Shown here: in pieces, positions 22,685 through 35,228 of the stretch
Layout of the letters: each line of letters starts with the position of its first letter
Numbering within the stretch: the stretch's first letter is position 1
Assembly (NCBI RefSeq): GCF_018977255.1
Contig: NW_024704743.1
Location: 17,920,001-17,984,000, forward strand
DNA from: Callorhinchus milii
Taxonomy: Eukaryota
Length of the DNA: 64,000 bases
Direction: 5' to 3'
Made by a program: the position numbers and the translations under genes
Notes under the pieces: generated by a model
What the model saw: the letters and a program-made list of their open reading frames with translations, nothing else
Databases searched by the model: none
Told to the model about the DNA's origin: nothing

Positions 22685-23795
22685 CAACAACAACAACTTG
22701 CACTTATATAGCGCCCTCCATGCAAGGTAGCATCTCAGAGCGCTTAACAGTGGCGGTGCCTGACTCCGTGCTGGGTGGGGGGAGGTGACCGTCAGCACGG
22801 TCAAAAAGGAAGGTTTTCAGGCGGGACTTGAAACAGGGGACAGAGGGAGCAAAGCGGATAGGTTCGGGGAGAGTGTTCTGGAGTTTTGGGGCGCAGTGGC
22901 TGAATACATGACCTCCAATGGTGGAGCAGAGGGTGCGAGGGACAAGCAGGAGGCCGGTGCCAGTCGAGCAGAGATGCTGGGTGGTGGATTGGGAAGTGAG
23001 GAGTTCGTAGAGGTAGGGAGGTGCCAGTGAGTGAAGGAATTTGAACACAAGTGTGAGGATCTTGAAGTCGATCTGTTTGGTGATGAGGAGCCAGTGGAGT
23101 CTGGTGGGTTGTGGGTACGGAGTTTGGTCTGGGTTAGTATGTGGGTGGCAGAGTTCTGAATGAGCTGGATCTTTTGAGTAGTGGAGCTGGGGAGACCATC
23201 GAGGAGTGCATTGGAGTAATCCAGGTGGGAGGTGACAAATGCATGCACAAGGGTTTTGGCTGCATTTGGGATGAGGTACGGGCGGAGGCGGGCAATGTGG
23301 CGGAGGTGGAGGAAGGCGGTCCTGGTCAGGGACCGGATGTGGTGGAGGAAGGACAGGTGGGAATCAAACCGGATGCCTAGATTGTGCACTGGTTCGGCGA
23401 GTCTGAAGGAGAACCCAGGGAGGGTGAGTTCAGATCCGCAGGAGTGAAGACGTTGATGGAAGCCAAAGAGGTATGACATCCGTCCTGTCCACATTCAGCA
23501 GCAGGAAGTTTACACTCATCCAGGTCCTAATGTCTGCCAGACAAGCTGATAGAACATCGGCAGACCTGGGGTTGGTACTGGAGGAGACAAAATAAATTTG
23601 TATGTCATCCGCGTGCATGTGGAAGTGGAGGAAGGCATTGCCAAGAGGGAGCATATAGATAAGGAAAAGGAGAGAGTCAAGGATGGAACCCTGGGGTACC
23701 CCACACGTAACCAACCGGGCGGGGCGGGAAGAGAAACCATTTGGTGAGATGTAGCGGGGGCAATTGGTTAAGTAGGACTCGAACCATGCGAACCA
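22685..23795 (-). mobile_element. L2 LINE 3' ~1.1 kb, subfamily 'C'
   Basis: CGVPQGSILDSLLFLIYMLPLG, HADDIQIY, HLRHIARLRPYL; tail GATGCTACCTTGCATGGAGGGCGCTATATAAGTGCAAG(TTG)n. Confidence 0.95.
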
Positions 23796-24162
23796 TACTT
23801 TTCATAGTTACAAAAAACATATCACAATGAGGAACATTTAAAAATGATTATATTCGATCTAAATCCTTGCATTGGATATAGTATCTTATAATATGAAATG
23901 TCTTCTGGAAGGGAATTACTCCCAGCAGTCGACCAAATAAAATTAGTTATTTGTTCCATGGTGTCTGTGAGACATTGCTGTGCACAAATAGGCTGTCACT
24001 TTCGCCAACAAATCACAGTCACTACATTTCACAGTCCATCTTGTGAAGCGCTTCAAAACGTTCTCCCAACATGAAATGCACTATACGAAATGCAAAGAAT
24101 TATTATCGTTGTTGTTATCATTATTATTATCTCAAACGCTTCTCACCTGAATGAGTTACTTT

Positions 24163-24430
24163 CAGGCAGGGCCAAACCTTGGGCAAGTTTCCTTACTCCA
24201 CACGCCTAATAATAATAATCCCTCCAAAAAACAAAAATAATAATTAAATTGGCCATTTTCAATCTACGATTGTTTGTGGGACATTGCTGTGCGCAATTGG
24301 CTGCCGCATTCGCCCACAAATATACAATCAATTCACTTTACAGTGTGTTCTGTGAAGCGCTTTGGGACGTCCTCCCCGACGTGAAAAGCGCTATATCAAA
24401 TGCAAGGATTATTATTAGTATTATTATTAC
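24163..24430 (+). mobile_element. Young short-form SINE, 5'-truncated, L2-A-type tail
   Basis: CAGGCAGGGCCAAACCTTGGGCAAG..GGGACGTCCTCCCCGACGTGAAAAGCGC. Confidence 0.92.
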
Positions 24431-24669
24431 TTTGAAGAATTGAATGATGTTACGTAAGCAAATGTAGCAACTGATCTGTGTCCAGCAATGCTTCACAACA
24501 GCAACACTCTGAATTATCAATGCATTGCTTTCTTTTGGTGAGAATGGATGAGGCAGACATACTGGGAAGGCTTTATTTCTATTAAGATGTTCTCTATTGT
24601 TTGATTATTAGGTGACTTCATATGATAGGTCACAGCATATCAGAGTATATTTATGTAGATTTACTTGGA

Positions 24670-25200
24670 ATCTACAGCATAGAAACACGCCATTCTTCTT
24701 AACTAGTCCATGTTGGTGTTTAAATGCCACTCCTTACTCCCTCCCATTCCCAATTTTCCTCCCTCAGGTATACATCTATTTTCCTATTACATGTAAATAT
24801 ATTACCCTATTCAATCAGTGCTTCAGGCACTGAGTTGCACAATCTCCCAACGCTCTGTGTGAAGTAGTTCCTCCTAAATTCTCTTTTAGATCCCCTTGTT
24901 GCTATCTTATACTTGTGTCACCTGAATATTATTTAGAAGCCTATTTGTTTTCAGGTATTGGAATATGAAATAGTACATATAAAGAGCTGAACTTTGTCTC
25001 TTTCTCAGTTCTCCCAATGACTTTCATCTTACCTGGACTTGAAAATAATTTAGTCTAAGTCTTAAATGAGTCCAGCATTTTAAAGGGAGGAATTCCACCT
25101 AGGTCTAGACTTAGACTTTGTTCTTTATACAAGACGCACAGCACAGAAACCAGCCATTTGGCCCCAACCAGTCCATGCCGGTGTTTAAACTCCACATAAG
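24670..25200 (-). mobile_element. Two decayed CR1 3' ends (about 24670-24920 and 25128-25200)
   Basis: CAGCATAGAAACACGCCATTC and CAGCACAGAAACCAGCCATTTGGCCC, antisense to the CR1 terminus. Confidence 0.6.
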
Positions 25201-26163
25201 TCTCCTTACTCCCTCTTATACCCTTCTACTTCCCTTACGTGATTTAGCAGTTATTAGCATTTTAGAGAGTGCAAAGTTTGAACAATTCTTAAATTCAATC
25301 TTAATTTTTATGTTGTTTTTCTGACATGTAGAAACACACATCAATTATCTGTATGTCCACTTATCTGCATCGGGGTCTGAGATGGAAGTGAATGTGGGTT
25401 TTTAATGATAATAATATAAAAAGGTGTTATCAAACACAAGGATTATTATTATTGTTATGACTTACCTTTTCAATCCCTTTTAACAGCTTCCATATCTCAG
25501 CAAAGTACCCACTGACACATATCTTTTCAGGGAATGAGTCCAAGTTTACCACTGAATTTACTTGTTTCTAAGTACATTTTAAGTACCTGTATAACTGTAG
25601 TGATGCAGAATTTTGTAATTATAAACACACAGAAAACATGTCAAAACCCATCCAATTTTTCCATTGAACATGTAGGTGCAACACACAGGAGCACTGACAA
25701 CATTCTCCATTTTTTACTTATCGCAGTTGATAATCAGCTTTGTATTTCCAAACAGTTAATCATGTCTTGTATTGCCTAACGTAAAGTTGCCATCACTCTA
25801 AGATTATTAAGGAGCATCTTCTTTCATTCACTGATAGATGGTAGTTAAAAGGTCAGCATTTTCTAACCATCCCAACACTGCTGTATTGTACATCTCTTGT
25901 AAACACCAAATCCTGCTGGTAATTCTGACACATGTACAAGTTTCCTTATAGATTTCATCTGTTACCTTTTCTACCGTTACACCACATGCAAAATTTCACC
26001 CTGAAATAGATATCAGAAATGTCATCAATCAAAATGTACTAAAAGCACACATTCCAAAAATAATTTGTTGCATTGCTGTGAGCAAATCCTAATAAATATA
26101 AATTTTAATGACCTTCATTGTCTTGTATTACCGTTTAGCTGTGCTATTATATTTTACGTATAA

Positions 26164-26520
26164 ACCCAACCGCCCTACTATCGGTGGTCGGGCCTTCAGC
26201 CTCTCAGCCCCCAGGCTCTGGAACTCCATCCCCCAGTGCCTTCGCCTTGCTTCCTCCCTTTCCTCCTTCAAGGCCGGTCTCAAAACCTTTCTCTTTGACC
26301 GTGCCTTCAGCTCCCCTCTCGACTCTCTTCCTCCTCCTCGCTCCCTCCTTTCCCTCCCCTCACCCTGACCATTTCCCCCCTCCTCGCTCCCTCCCTTCCC
26401 TCCCCTCACCCTGACCATTTCCCCCCTGCTCGGGTCATGACCCAACTGTGCAGCGCCTTGGGACGTCCTCCTGACGTGAAAGGCGCTCTATAAATGGAAT
26501 CTTGTTGTTGTTGTTGTTGT
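26164..26520 (+). mobile_element. Young L2-A 3' fragment
   Basis: PNRPTIGGRAFSLSAPRLWNS; duplicated 3' UTR unit; GGAATC(TTG)n. Confidence 0.95.
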
Positions 26521-26844
26521 ACGTACACTTAGACCCTGGCTAGCCAGACTAATGGGGCGGACGATCTAGTTCAGTGAGCTGCAATTTTAGGCTAAGTGTA
26601 ATTATAATGCTGGTACCGGCAATGTAATTGATAGCAAATAAGCTATTTTCTGCTTGTGGGATTCAAACTGAGTTAAAGTTAAAGACTGACGGGGTTTTAC
26701 CTGTGCAAAGGCCCAAGGAATTTGTTTTGTTTTTTCCGTTTTTTGCCCAGATTCCCCCTTGGGGGTTTACTGTATTTATGACTAGAGCTTGCATGAATGC
26801 TTATATACATACAGGATAATATAATATATGAGCGTCTTAAAAGA

Positions 26845-27060
26845 TAATAGTAATCCTTGCATTTCGTCCAGCTGATTTTCATGTCGGGAGGATATCTCAA
26901 AAGGTGATATACTGTAAAGTGGAATGAATGTTTTTTGTGGACAAATGCAGTAGCCAATTTGTGCACAGCAAACTAATGCGAATGTCCCACAAACAGCTAT
27001 GATGTCAATGACCAATTTTATTTGAGGGATTGTTGGCCAGAGCACTGCAATAAACTCCCC
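26845..27060 (-). mobile_element. SINE 3' half, decayed
   Basis: AATCCTTGCATTTC..AGCCAATTTGTGCACAGCA..TCCCACAAACAG. Confidence 0.75.
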
Positions 27061-27299
27061 AGAATCTTATAAATATCTGCATTGTGTAAAGTAATATCCA
27101 TGCAGCTTATTTTGTCCAGAGGGCTGCCTTATTCTTTAGAGCTTCGATTCACAAGGACATGGACCAGACATATTCATAATGACTAGAATTATTGTGGACC
27201 TACTTGACTTTGCCAAGGCTGTCATTGGAATTAATTTGACTAAGCTAGCCTCCCACGACAGAGGAACTTTGTTTTGACTTGATACAGTACTCATTTTAT

Positions 27300-27408
27300 C
27301 CTCAAATATACAGTCAATTCACTTTACAGTATATTCTGTGAAGCGCTTTGAGATGGTTAGAAGACGTGAAAAGCGCTATTATCAAATGCAAGGATTATTA
27401 TTATTATA
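27300..27408 (+). mobile_element. SINE 3' fragment
   Basis: CAGTCAATTCACTTTACAGTATATTCTGTGAAGCGCTTTGAG..(TTA)n. Confidence 0.85.
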
Positions 27409-27689
27409 ACCTAAACTCAAGCCTCAGTTACCCATCCAGATGTGAACTCAGAAACATCTGGTTCTGAATCTAGTGCTATTCAAGATGTTAGGCATTGAAA
27501 AGGTGAATACATATGAAGGGAGTAAAATAATTATACACTTAAGAATTGGGTGAACAACAAAGGAAACATTTAAGATCTAATTTTTTTTAAGTCAATGTTC
27601 GGACTATTGGCGAGAAGAGTGTTCAGGAGGAAGATAAGGCACTGCTGCTCAAGTTTGCCTTAGTAAAAGGCCAAATACAGCTCCAATTT

Positions 27690-27855
27690 GGCACCTCCCT
27701 CACTTTGCTCAATGTCTGTCTCAAGACGTATCTCTTTCACCAGGCTTTCAGTCATCTTTCCTCTCCCATCCCCTTCAGCACTGGATGCCCAGCTAGCAAT
27801 ATTAAGACACTGAAATATCCTCCCGATGTGAAAGGCACTGTATAAATGTAAATGG
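27690..27855 (+). mobile_element. L2 3' fragment, decayed
   Basis: TCTCAAGACGTATCTCTTT..TCCTCCCGATGTGAAAGGCACTGTATAAATG. Confidence 0.7.
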
Positions 27856-28544
27856 TATTATACTCCAGAAAGTGGAGGAAACGATCAGAGATGGGGATAC
27901 GGGAAACCTTCAGACTGCATTGAATCAAAGCCAGTCGCTATAAATCAACGCACAATGATGAAAACAAGCAAGGTATGATTTTGCTAATGAACATCTTCGA
28001 ACTGGGCCAGCAGTATATCCAGCTTAGCCTTTTCAGAAAATAGCTGAAAAAGTTACTTTGAAAAAAATTGTTGCAAATTTCTCTTTTCTTTCCAACCAAG
28101 CAGCTTTGCACGTAAACAGCTTTTATGTTTCGCTATTCAAAGCTGCAGGAAAATACACTGAAAATATTCTTTTGTGTGGCTTTTGTTACTTGACAATGTT
28201 ATCAGCACTGAGTGATAAAAAGGAAATAAAGGCTGTATAGTTCAAAAGAGCGGAAACAGGAGCTGATCGAGATTGTGATACCATTTGTTGCTCACATTCA
28301 GCCACTAAATGTGTATTCATTCCAGACTGGTCACAAGCTCTGGGACAAGCTTTGCCGTGAAGTGCAGTAACTGACTTAAAGGAATCAACATTTTTTTTGG
28401 AATGAATAAATAAGATAGTCTCGGGTTCAGCACCAGTTTTACTTCTGACTATGTTCGTTTGTAACTATAGTAAGAAAGTCCACTGCAAGGTACAAGATCA
28501 CAAGATTGGTCTGGATGAAGAAGGCCCTTTGCCCCATCCAAAAT

Positions 28545-29152
28545 AACAACAACAACAAAATTACATTTGTGTAGTGCATTTCACATCGGAAGAATGTCCC
28601 AAGGTGCTGGACAGGCAGAGTTTCGGACCTGAGCTAGGAGTCAGGGTCGGGGAGGGTGGAGGGCAGGGGGGGAAGTGGGAGATCGAAAGCCGGTCGAAGA
28701 GGAAGGTCTTGAGATGGGTCTTGAAGGAGACAAGGGAGGGGGTGAGGCAGAGGGACTGCGGGATGGAGTTCCAGAGGGTGGGGGCAGAGTGGGGGAAGGC
28801 CTGCCCGGCAATACTGGGGCGAGTGAGGCGGGGGACATGAAACAAGCTGAAGCCCACTGAGTGGAAGTAGCGAGCAGGATGGTAGGGGGTTAGGAGTTCG
28901 CAGAGGTAGGGGAGAGAAAAAACATGGAGGGCTTTGAAGGTGAGGACCAGGATCCTGAGCTGTATACTCTCTGTGATGGAAGCCAGTTGAGTTGGGTGAG
29001 GATGGGGGGAATAGGATTACAGAGCCTAGTGCGGGAGAGGACACGGGCTACAGAGTTCTGGATGATCTGCAGCCTATGGAAGAAGGAGTTGGGGAGGTCG
29101 ACAAGCAATGAGTGTGCATAGTCGAGCTTCGATGTAATGAAAGCATGTATGA
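28545..29152 (-). mobile_element. L2 3' fragment, subfamily 'B'
   Basis: LQIIQNSVARVLSRTRL, APTLWNSIPQSL; tail ACAAATGTAATTTTG(TTG)n. Confidence 0.93.
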
Positions 29153-29429
29153 GGTTTTATAGTGGGGGTTAAAACTTGCTTCACTCTGTTTAACTGACAT
29201 CAAAAGACTTGGTACATCATCTGTCAAACATGAATCGCTGGGAATGAAAGGGAATTTAATAAATTTCACTATGATGCAATCATGGGAACATTTTAGGATT
29301 TGAACATGTAAGATTTATTGATACCTGACACAACAAGACATCTTCTATTATATGTGTGCAGTCGATAAATTAGGCTAACACATAACTACTACCAAGAGAT
29401 CCTTTATATCACAAACAAGATGATTTTGT

Positions 29430-29682
29430 CCGCTTGTCCCTTGTGCCTTCCGTTCCACCATTGGTGGCCATGCTTTCAACCCCTATACCCCAAAATTCTG
29501 GAACACTTCCTTTATCCGTCCACGTTGCCTCTTCCTTCCCCATCTTCAGGTCATGCCTGGAAGACCTTCCTCTTCGACCTACGCTCACCTCCCCCGGCTA
29601 GTGCTCCGCGACTGTAAAGCGCTCTGGGATGCTACCTTGAGTGAGGGGTGCCATATAAATGCAAGTTGTTGTTGATGTTGTT
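29430..29682 (+). mobile_element. L2-C 3' fragment
   Basis: GCGCTCTGGGATGCTACCTTGAGTGAGGGGTGCCATATAAATGCAAGTTGTTG. Confidence 0.85.
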
Positions 29683-29984
29683 TCTGGCTTCTGGTATTCC
29701 ACTCCCAGAGCTTTCTGCAGTCTGAATTGCATTGGGTTCACATTCCTTGCTCAACATTCAGCTTCTGGGTAGAGGTTGGAAGATCCCATCCAATTTGAAC
29801 AAAGAATCTGGTATTAAGGTTAGAATCCAAATGTGCTTCAAATGTATTGTTGTATTTGTTGTATACAAACGAATGAGACAATGCAGTATATGTGATCCTT
29901 TGTACACTACATTTTTGATACTATATTAGGTCAATATCCTAGTCTTCATGAGTCAGACTTTGAAGAAGGTATTATAAAGGTATT

Positions 29985-30088
29985 TTATGTTGCCCACAAA
30001 ATATACATTCAATTCACTTTACAGTATATTCAGTGAAGCGCTTTGAGATGTCTTGAAGACGTGATAATGCAAGGATTATCATTATAAT
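29985..30088 (+). mobile_element. SINE 3' fragment
   Basis: AATTCACTTTACAGTATATTCAGTGAAGCGCTTTGAGATGTC. Confidence 0.8.
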
Positions 30089-30189
30089 GATTCCTGTTTT
30101 ATACCTTTATTGTTAAGATCGTTCATTGTGGTAATCATTTAAAGATTATTTCTCAATAAACTTACTTTTGTGAAGTTAGTTACTCTTGG

Positions 30190-30410
30190 TTGAAATTTCT
30201 CATGGTCTTAGCCTTATGATTATTGCCTTAGCATTTAAGATTGCGCAGAATTTTGGAAAACAGTTCAATTCAGCAATCGGAACTCTGGAAAATTGGCTTC
30301 AAAATTAAAACAGAATGGAGGAATTTTCCACAATCCCTCATAGCTTTAGTCTTTTACTATTAACTTTAAAACCATTGTCTTAAAATTTAAGATTGTGCAG
30401 AGTTTAACCT
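30190..30410 (+). repeat. Unclassified short dispersed repeat (possible hAT-like end), with partial internal duplication
   Basis: TGAAATTTCTCATGGTCTTAGCCTTA..TTTAAGATTG(C/T)GCAGA; homologues at about 6226, 31400, 32258(-) and 53770(-). Confidence 0.6.
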
Positions 30411-31399
30411 TGTGAGGTTTTGCAAAGCTTTGCTGTACTTGGTGTATTACTGATAGCGCAAGATGTGTTGTAAATCATGACTGGTATGGTCAATTTGATC
30501 GAGGATACTTCAATTCATTATTGATACCATCTCAATTTTTTCCCCCTTACTTCAGAGAGCTCCGTAAGTAGGCCACGACTTTAACACAAATCCACTACAG
30601 AACAATAATTGGGTGAATGCTTGCATTAGCAATTTACAACAATAGCCAGAATCCTTTACAATTAATCCAATGACTCTTCGGTGCCTTTGGGAGCAAATTC
30701 ACTAAGTAATTCAAATACAGGATTGAACTCAATAGTGGAGATAGATAAGCAAGTACAATGTTGCACAATCCCAGCACAGAGGCTATTTATCTAATCAATG
30801 CAGGAAATGAAAATACCAATGAGGAGATGTTCTCCCTTCTGTACAGAGCGCCTGTCTTGTCTACTGAATAGAATGATGAATACCTGGGGGGGAAGTGGGT
30901 GGAAGAACTCTGTATCAAAGCTATGAACATGCACTTACTCAGAATTTTTTGTGGGCATTTTCTATGACAAACTTAATTTTATGCATGGGTGCACTGTTAA
31001 TGATCTGACAGAGCAGATATGCTGCAGTGCAATATCGGTAGGTGGAAGAGTAGTGATTGCTCACATTTTATTTACAGGTTTCAAGCAATTGTGGGGGATC
31101 AAGTGTGCAACAGCCGTACTGCACCATTTGAATGAAACACTGTACAAACCGAATTGGATGACTGGTAGTGAGTTAAATGGCACTAATTCAATCAAGTTGC
31201 TCTGGTGACATAAAAGCAATGCTCGATCCATGTTGATGGTAACTTCCCAAAGTGCTCTGGGATGCTACCATGCGTGATGGGTGTTAAATAAATGCAAATT
31301 GTTGTTGAAGTATTAACAGATCTTAGAACTGATGTACTGCTGATCTTTGCATAAAACAATGAATTTTGATGTTCCTTACTTTTACGCGATGAGTTCATC

Positions 31400-31640
31400 C
31401 AGGGCCCCAAATTTCTTCATGGTTTTAGCCTTAAGACCAATGCCTTATTATTATAATAATAATAATAATACTACTTGCCTTTGATTTAGCATCTTATCAC
31501 ATCATGGAGCTTTAAAGAATATATTGTAGAGTGGATTGACTGTGTATTTTGTGGGCAAATTTATTGTGTAAGATTGTGCAGAAGTTTGGAAAATCCTTAA
31601 GTTTAGTTTTAATTTGGAAACCTGTTTTCCACAGTCTTTA
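31400..31640 (+). repeat. Same unclassified repeat, interrupted by a minus-strand SINE tail (about 31448-31560)
   Basis: CAGGGCCCCAAATTTCTTCATGGTTTTAGCCTTAAGACC, then the SINE tail, then TAAGATTGTGCAGAAGTTTGGAAAA. Confidence 0.6.
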
Positions 31641-31649
31641 AAATAACTT

Positions 31650-32008
31650 ATAATAACAGTAATAATAATAATATTCCTTGCATTTGGTGTAGCGTTTATC
31701 ACATCTTCGAGACGTCTCAAAGCGCTTCACAGAATATACTGTAAAGTGAATTGACTGTATATTTTGTGGGCAAAACTCAGCAGCTAATTGCAGCCAATTG
31801 GGCACAGTCGTGGATTTAGTGATCCAATTTTTTTTGAAGGAATTATTACCCTTGGAAAAGTGATCCGCCAATTGACTAACAACCAGGTTCCTACTTACTG
31901 CTAAATAAACAGAGGTGTCTGGAGTAAGAAAACCTTCCTAAGGTTTCGCCCTGCCCGCGAATCTCGCTTGCGAGGTGAGTACTCTAACTAGTACACTGCA
32001 GGACTCCC
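31650..32008 (-). mobile_element. Near full-length tRNA-headed SINE, long form
   Basis: Head GGAGTCCTGCAGTG; internal segment; GAGACGTCTCGAAG-type tail. Confidence 0.9.
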
Positions 32009-32134
32009 AAAGAATGTTCCTCCAGCTACTTCCTTCATCAATCAAGTGTAGGGGGACAAAAAAGGAAAATAATATATATAAAAATGTAAATAAAGTGATT
32101 GTGCTTTATTCACCTCCTTCACGTCCTTTGTCCC

Positions 32135-32255
32135 CTACTGCCAGGTAAACAGAGGAGTATGGAATAAGGAAACCTGCCTATCGTTTTGCCCTGCTAGGAA
32201 TTGAACCCAGGTCTCTCTCTTGGAAGGCAAGTGCTCTAACCACTACATGACTCCA
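32135..32255 (-). mobile_element. SINE 5' head fragment
   Basis: GTGCTCTAACCACTAC; GAATTGAACCCAGGTCTCT. Confidence 0.75.
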
Positions 32256-33019
32256 TAACTTCCAAAATTAAGAACAAATTAAATACTTTTCCAAACTCTC
32301 TTAAAATTTGCTTAATGATCTTAAGGCTGAGACTATGTGAAATTTCACACCTCTGGTGGTGTACATGGATGACAGGGTAATAAAGCTACTGATAACATAG
32401 GACTTGAAGGTGTATGGCAATATGAAAGGTACAAGGCTATTTTAGCAGCCGATGAGCGGCAAAAATCTGTTGATTACAGATAATTCAGCATTTATTTTTC
32501 GACACTACCATACCAGTGACTTTGTAAATCAGTACAAACAATCAGCAGCAGTATAAATATTCCACAGATCCAGACACAGTACATCATTCTCAGGAAATTG
32601 CCTCACCTACTTGATGTCCCACATGACTAGTCTGTGTCATAAATCCCCATTAGCACTGTAAATGAGTATGTGTGTGACACCCCCAGCGTGAGAATCCAGA
32701 AAGTAATACTTTTTTGCTCAGTGATGTTACACTGCTCATGATTTGGCCTCACTTGAAATATTTAGCAATATTCTAAAGAAAACTTCCAAAAAACAAACAA
32801 AGAAAATCCCAAAGATGATGAACATTTACTGAGGTCCCTTTCTGAGGATCATCTCTAAATTGAGTGGGTGGGATTCCTTTATTGAGAGGAATATCTCCTT
32901 TGTGTTGAAGCCCATTCTCTCTCTAAACACAGCTGGTCATTGAAGTCTATCCACTATCTTCAACAAATGGCCATGGTTCAAACCCTCTGACTTCTGATGA
33001 AAAGCTCCCCTACCCTCCT

Positions 33020-33332
33020 AGTACTTGAGAGGTCCTGGGTTTGATTCCTGGGCAAGGCAAAATACTGGGCAAGCGTCCTTACTCCACATGCCTCTGTTTA
33101 CCTAGCAGTAAGCAGCAACCGTTGTTAGTTGAATGGCTGATAGCTTTTCTGGGGATTTTAAACCCTTCAAAAAAATAATAATAATAATTTGGTCACTCAA
33201 TCCACAACTGTTTGTGGAACACTGCTGTGCGCAATTGGCTGCTGTGTTTTGTTCACAAATATACAGTCAATTCACTTCACTTTATTCTGTGAAGCGCTTT
33301 GAGATGTCTACATCAATTGCAAGGATTATTAT
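33020..33332 (+). mobile_element. tRNA-headed SINE, long form
   Basis: GGGTTTGATTCCTGGGCAAGG; TTTACCTAGCAGTAAG; core; tail. Confidence 0.88.
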
Positions 33333-34844
33333 CCTACCTGGATAAACAACAGGAGCTTACCAGAGCTTGGAAAGCTGTGGTTTAATTAGTCCACAGTACT
33401 GACGCAGTGCTAATTATATATGCCTGGATTTTATAGATTCCATAACATGCTTTGAAAAAATGAAGGAGTTTCTTTCTGTGTTCTGGCCAACAATCTTTTA
33501 GAAAATGCTTATTTTGGGGGGTCCTAAAACCTTGCTTTTACCTAAATATACCTGTGATCGCCCGATAGTGGGAAATGAGGTGTTTAAACAGAATCTGGTT
33601 AAGTGATTGTCATTAATGGCCAGTGGACTCTTGAACACAGAGTGGGGTTTGCATTAGTATTAGACTCATGGCGAAACAAAACCAGTGCATATTTTTATTT
33701 GAAGATTTTGAAAGCAATAGTGAAGTCCATGCTGCAAAAATCAGGAGAGCACAGGCACCGATAGTTACCATTGGCATATTGCCCAAAATTCATGGTGCAC
33801 TTTATCCACAACAGGGATTGCAGAAGACTATAGGAACTGTCTTAATGAGGGTTCACAAGAGACCAGATCATAGAGCATTGTGATTGCAAGTGCAATGGGA
33901 AAACGAGAACTGCTGGTACAAAAGTGCTGTTACCAGCTGAATATAGGCTTACACTGCTCTTTAGTACAGATAGTGATGAAGAGACTCTGCTGATTCAGGT
34001 AAAATAAAACTGTAACAAACCAAAGCCCAGGTACAACAGAGTTGTAACAGATGACCCAATCCTGTAAAATAACAATAGGGAGAAAATTGCGATATGTGAT
34101 GTGACAATTTTCACTTTGGATAGTTAACACATCATAGTAAATTGCTCTCTGATCTCTGATCTCTGGCTGTGGATGTTAGTCTTCCACCGCCCCCTCCCTG
34201 ACGTCGTCACAATGATTGGGCTTGTAGCTGCATATAGCCGTCAATTACACTTGTCACAGGGCATCCAACTTGAGTGTGATTCCTGGGATTCTGGCTTGAT
34301 GCAATAAATAAGAAACTGAACTAAACCAGTATCCTGTGAACTGGCCTCAAAGGCATTTGAAGAGAAGATAGTTGGAGACATCCTAGAGTCTGGATAGTCT
34401 GGATACTTTAACCACTATGACCTGAATCAGAGGAACTCCTTGCCTCAATCTCTTCGTCTTTTCCTCTCATTTGAGTGAGGTACCAGAGGATAGTTGATGT
34501 TCGTGGATTGGTATACAAGTGCCTTCCAAAGAGCAGGGCAAAACTGAAGGGAAAAATATACAACAGAATTATCAAATTATTTTAAGGACCATAGATCAGA
34601 ATGTTAGAGTCGTACATGGAAATATTATTTCACCAAAGTAACCTTTCACATTCACACAGTAGAAATAAGAAATAAATAAGATGTGTAAAATATCACTTTA
34701 CACTGTTATCATTACTGACTGTCATATGTGTTAAATGTGATTAATAGGATCACTTTCAATTCCTTACCATGGGGACTGTCAGCGAAATACATGGTTTAAC
34801 ATAGAGAAAATAATAAACAAAGGAATTGTATGTTTAATAATAAA

Positions 34845-35228
34845 AATAATCATTAAGTGCCTTTCACGGCAAGAGTATGTCTTGAAGTGCTTCACAGAAT
34901 TTACTGTAGATGTAGTGACTGCGTATTTTGTAGGCGAACGCAGCAGCCAATGTGTGCACAGCAATGTCCCCCAAACAGTCATGAAGCGAATGAACAATTG
35001 TATCTGGAGAATTGTTGTCCTGGACATCGGGTGAAACTCCTTCCTCTTCTTGAATAGTGCAATGGAACCTTTAATGTCCAACATTCCTTTAAATGTTTCA
35101 TCCGAAGAACAGCATCTCCAGCAAAGTAAGTGCTCCACTCGTCCAGACTCTATTGGAGTCCCAACGTGGGGCTGGAATCCACAATCTTCTGACTTGTAGG
35201 CGAGAGTGCTACCAGCTGAGCCACGCTG
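34845..35228 (-). mobile_element. Old Deu-domain SINE, near full length
   Basis: Reverse complement CAGCGTGGCTCAGCTGGTAGCACTCTCGCC..TTCGGATGAAAC..GGGACATTGCTGTGCAC. Confidence 0.85.

Noticed and set aside
27865..27972. Plus-strand exon candidate ending CAAG|GTATGA
   Set aside because: Weak acceptor adjoining an L2 tail; peptide unrecognisable
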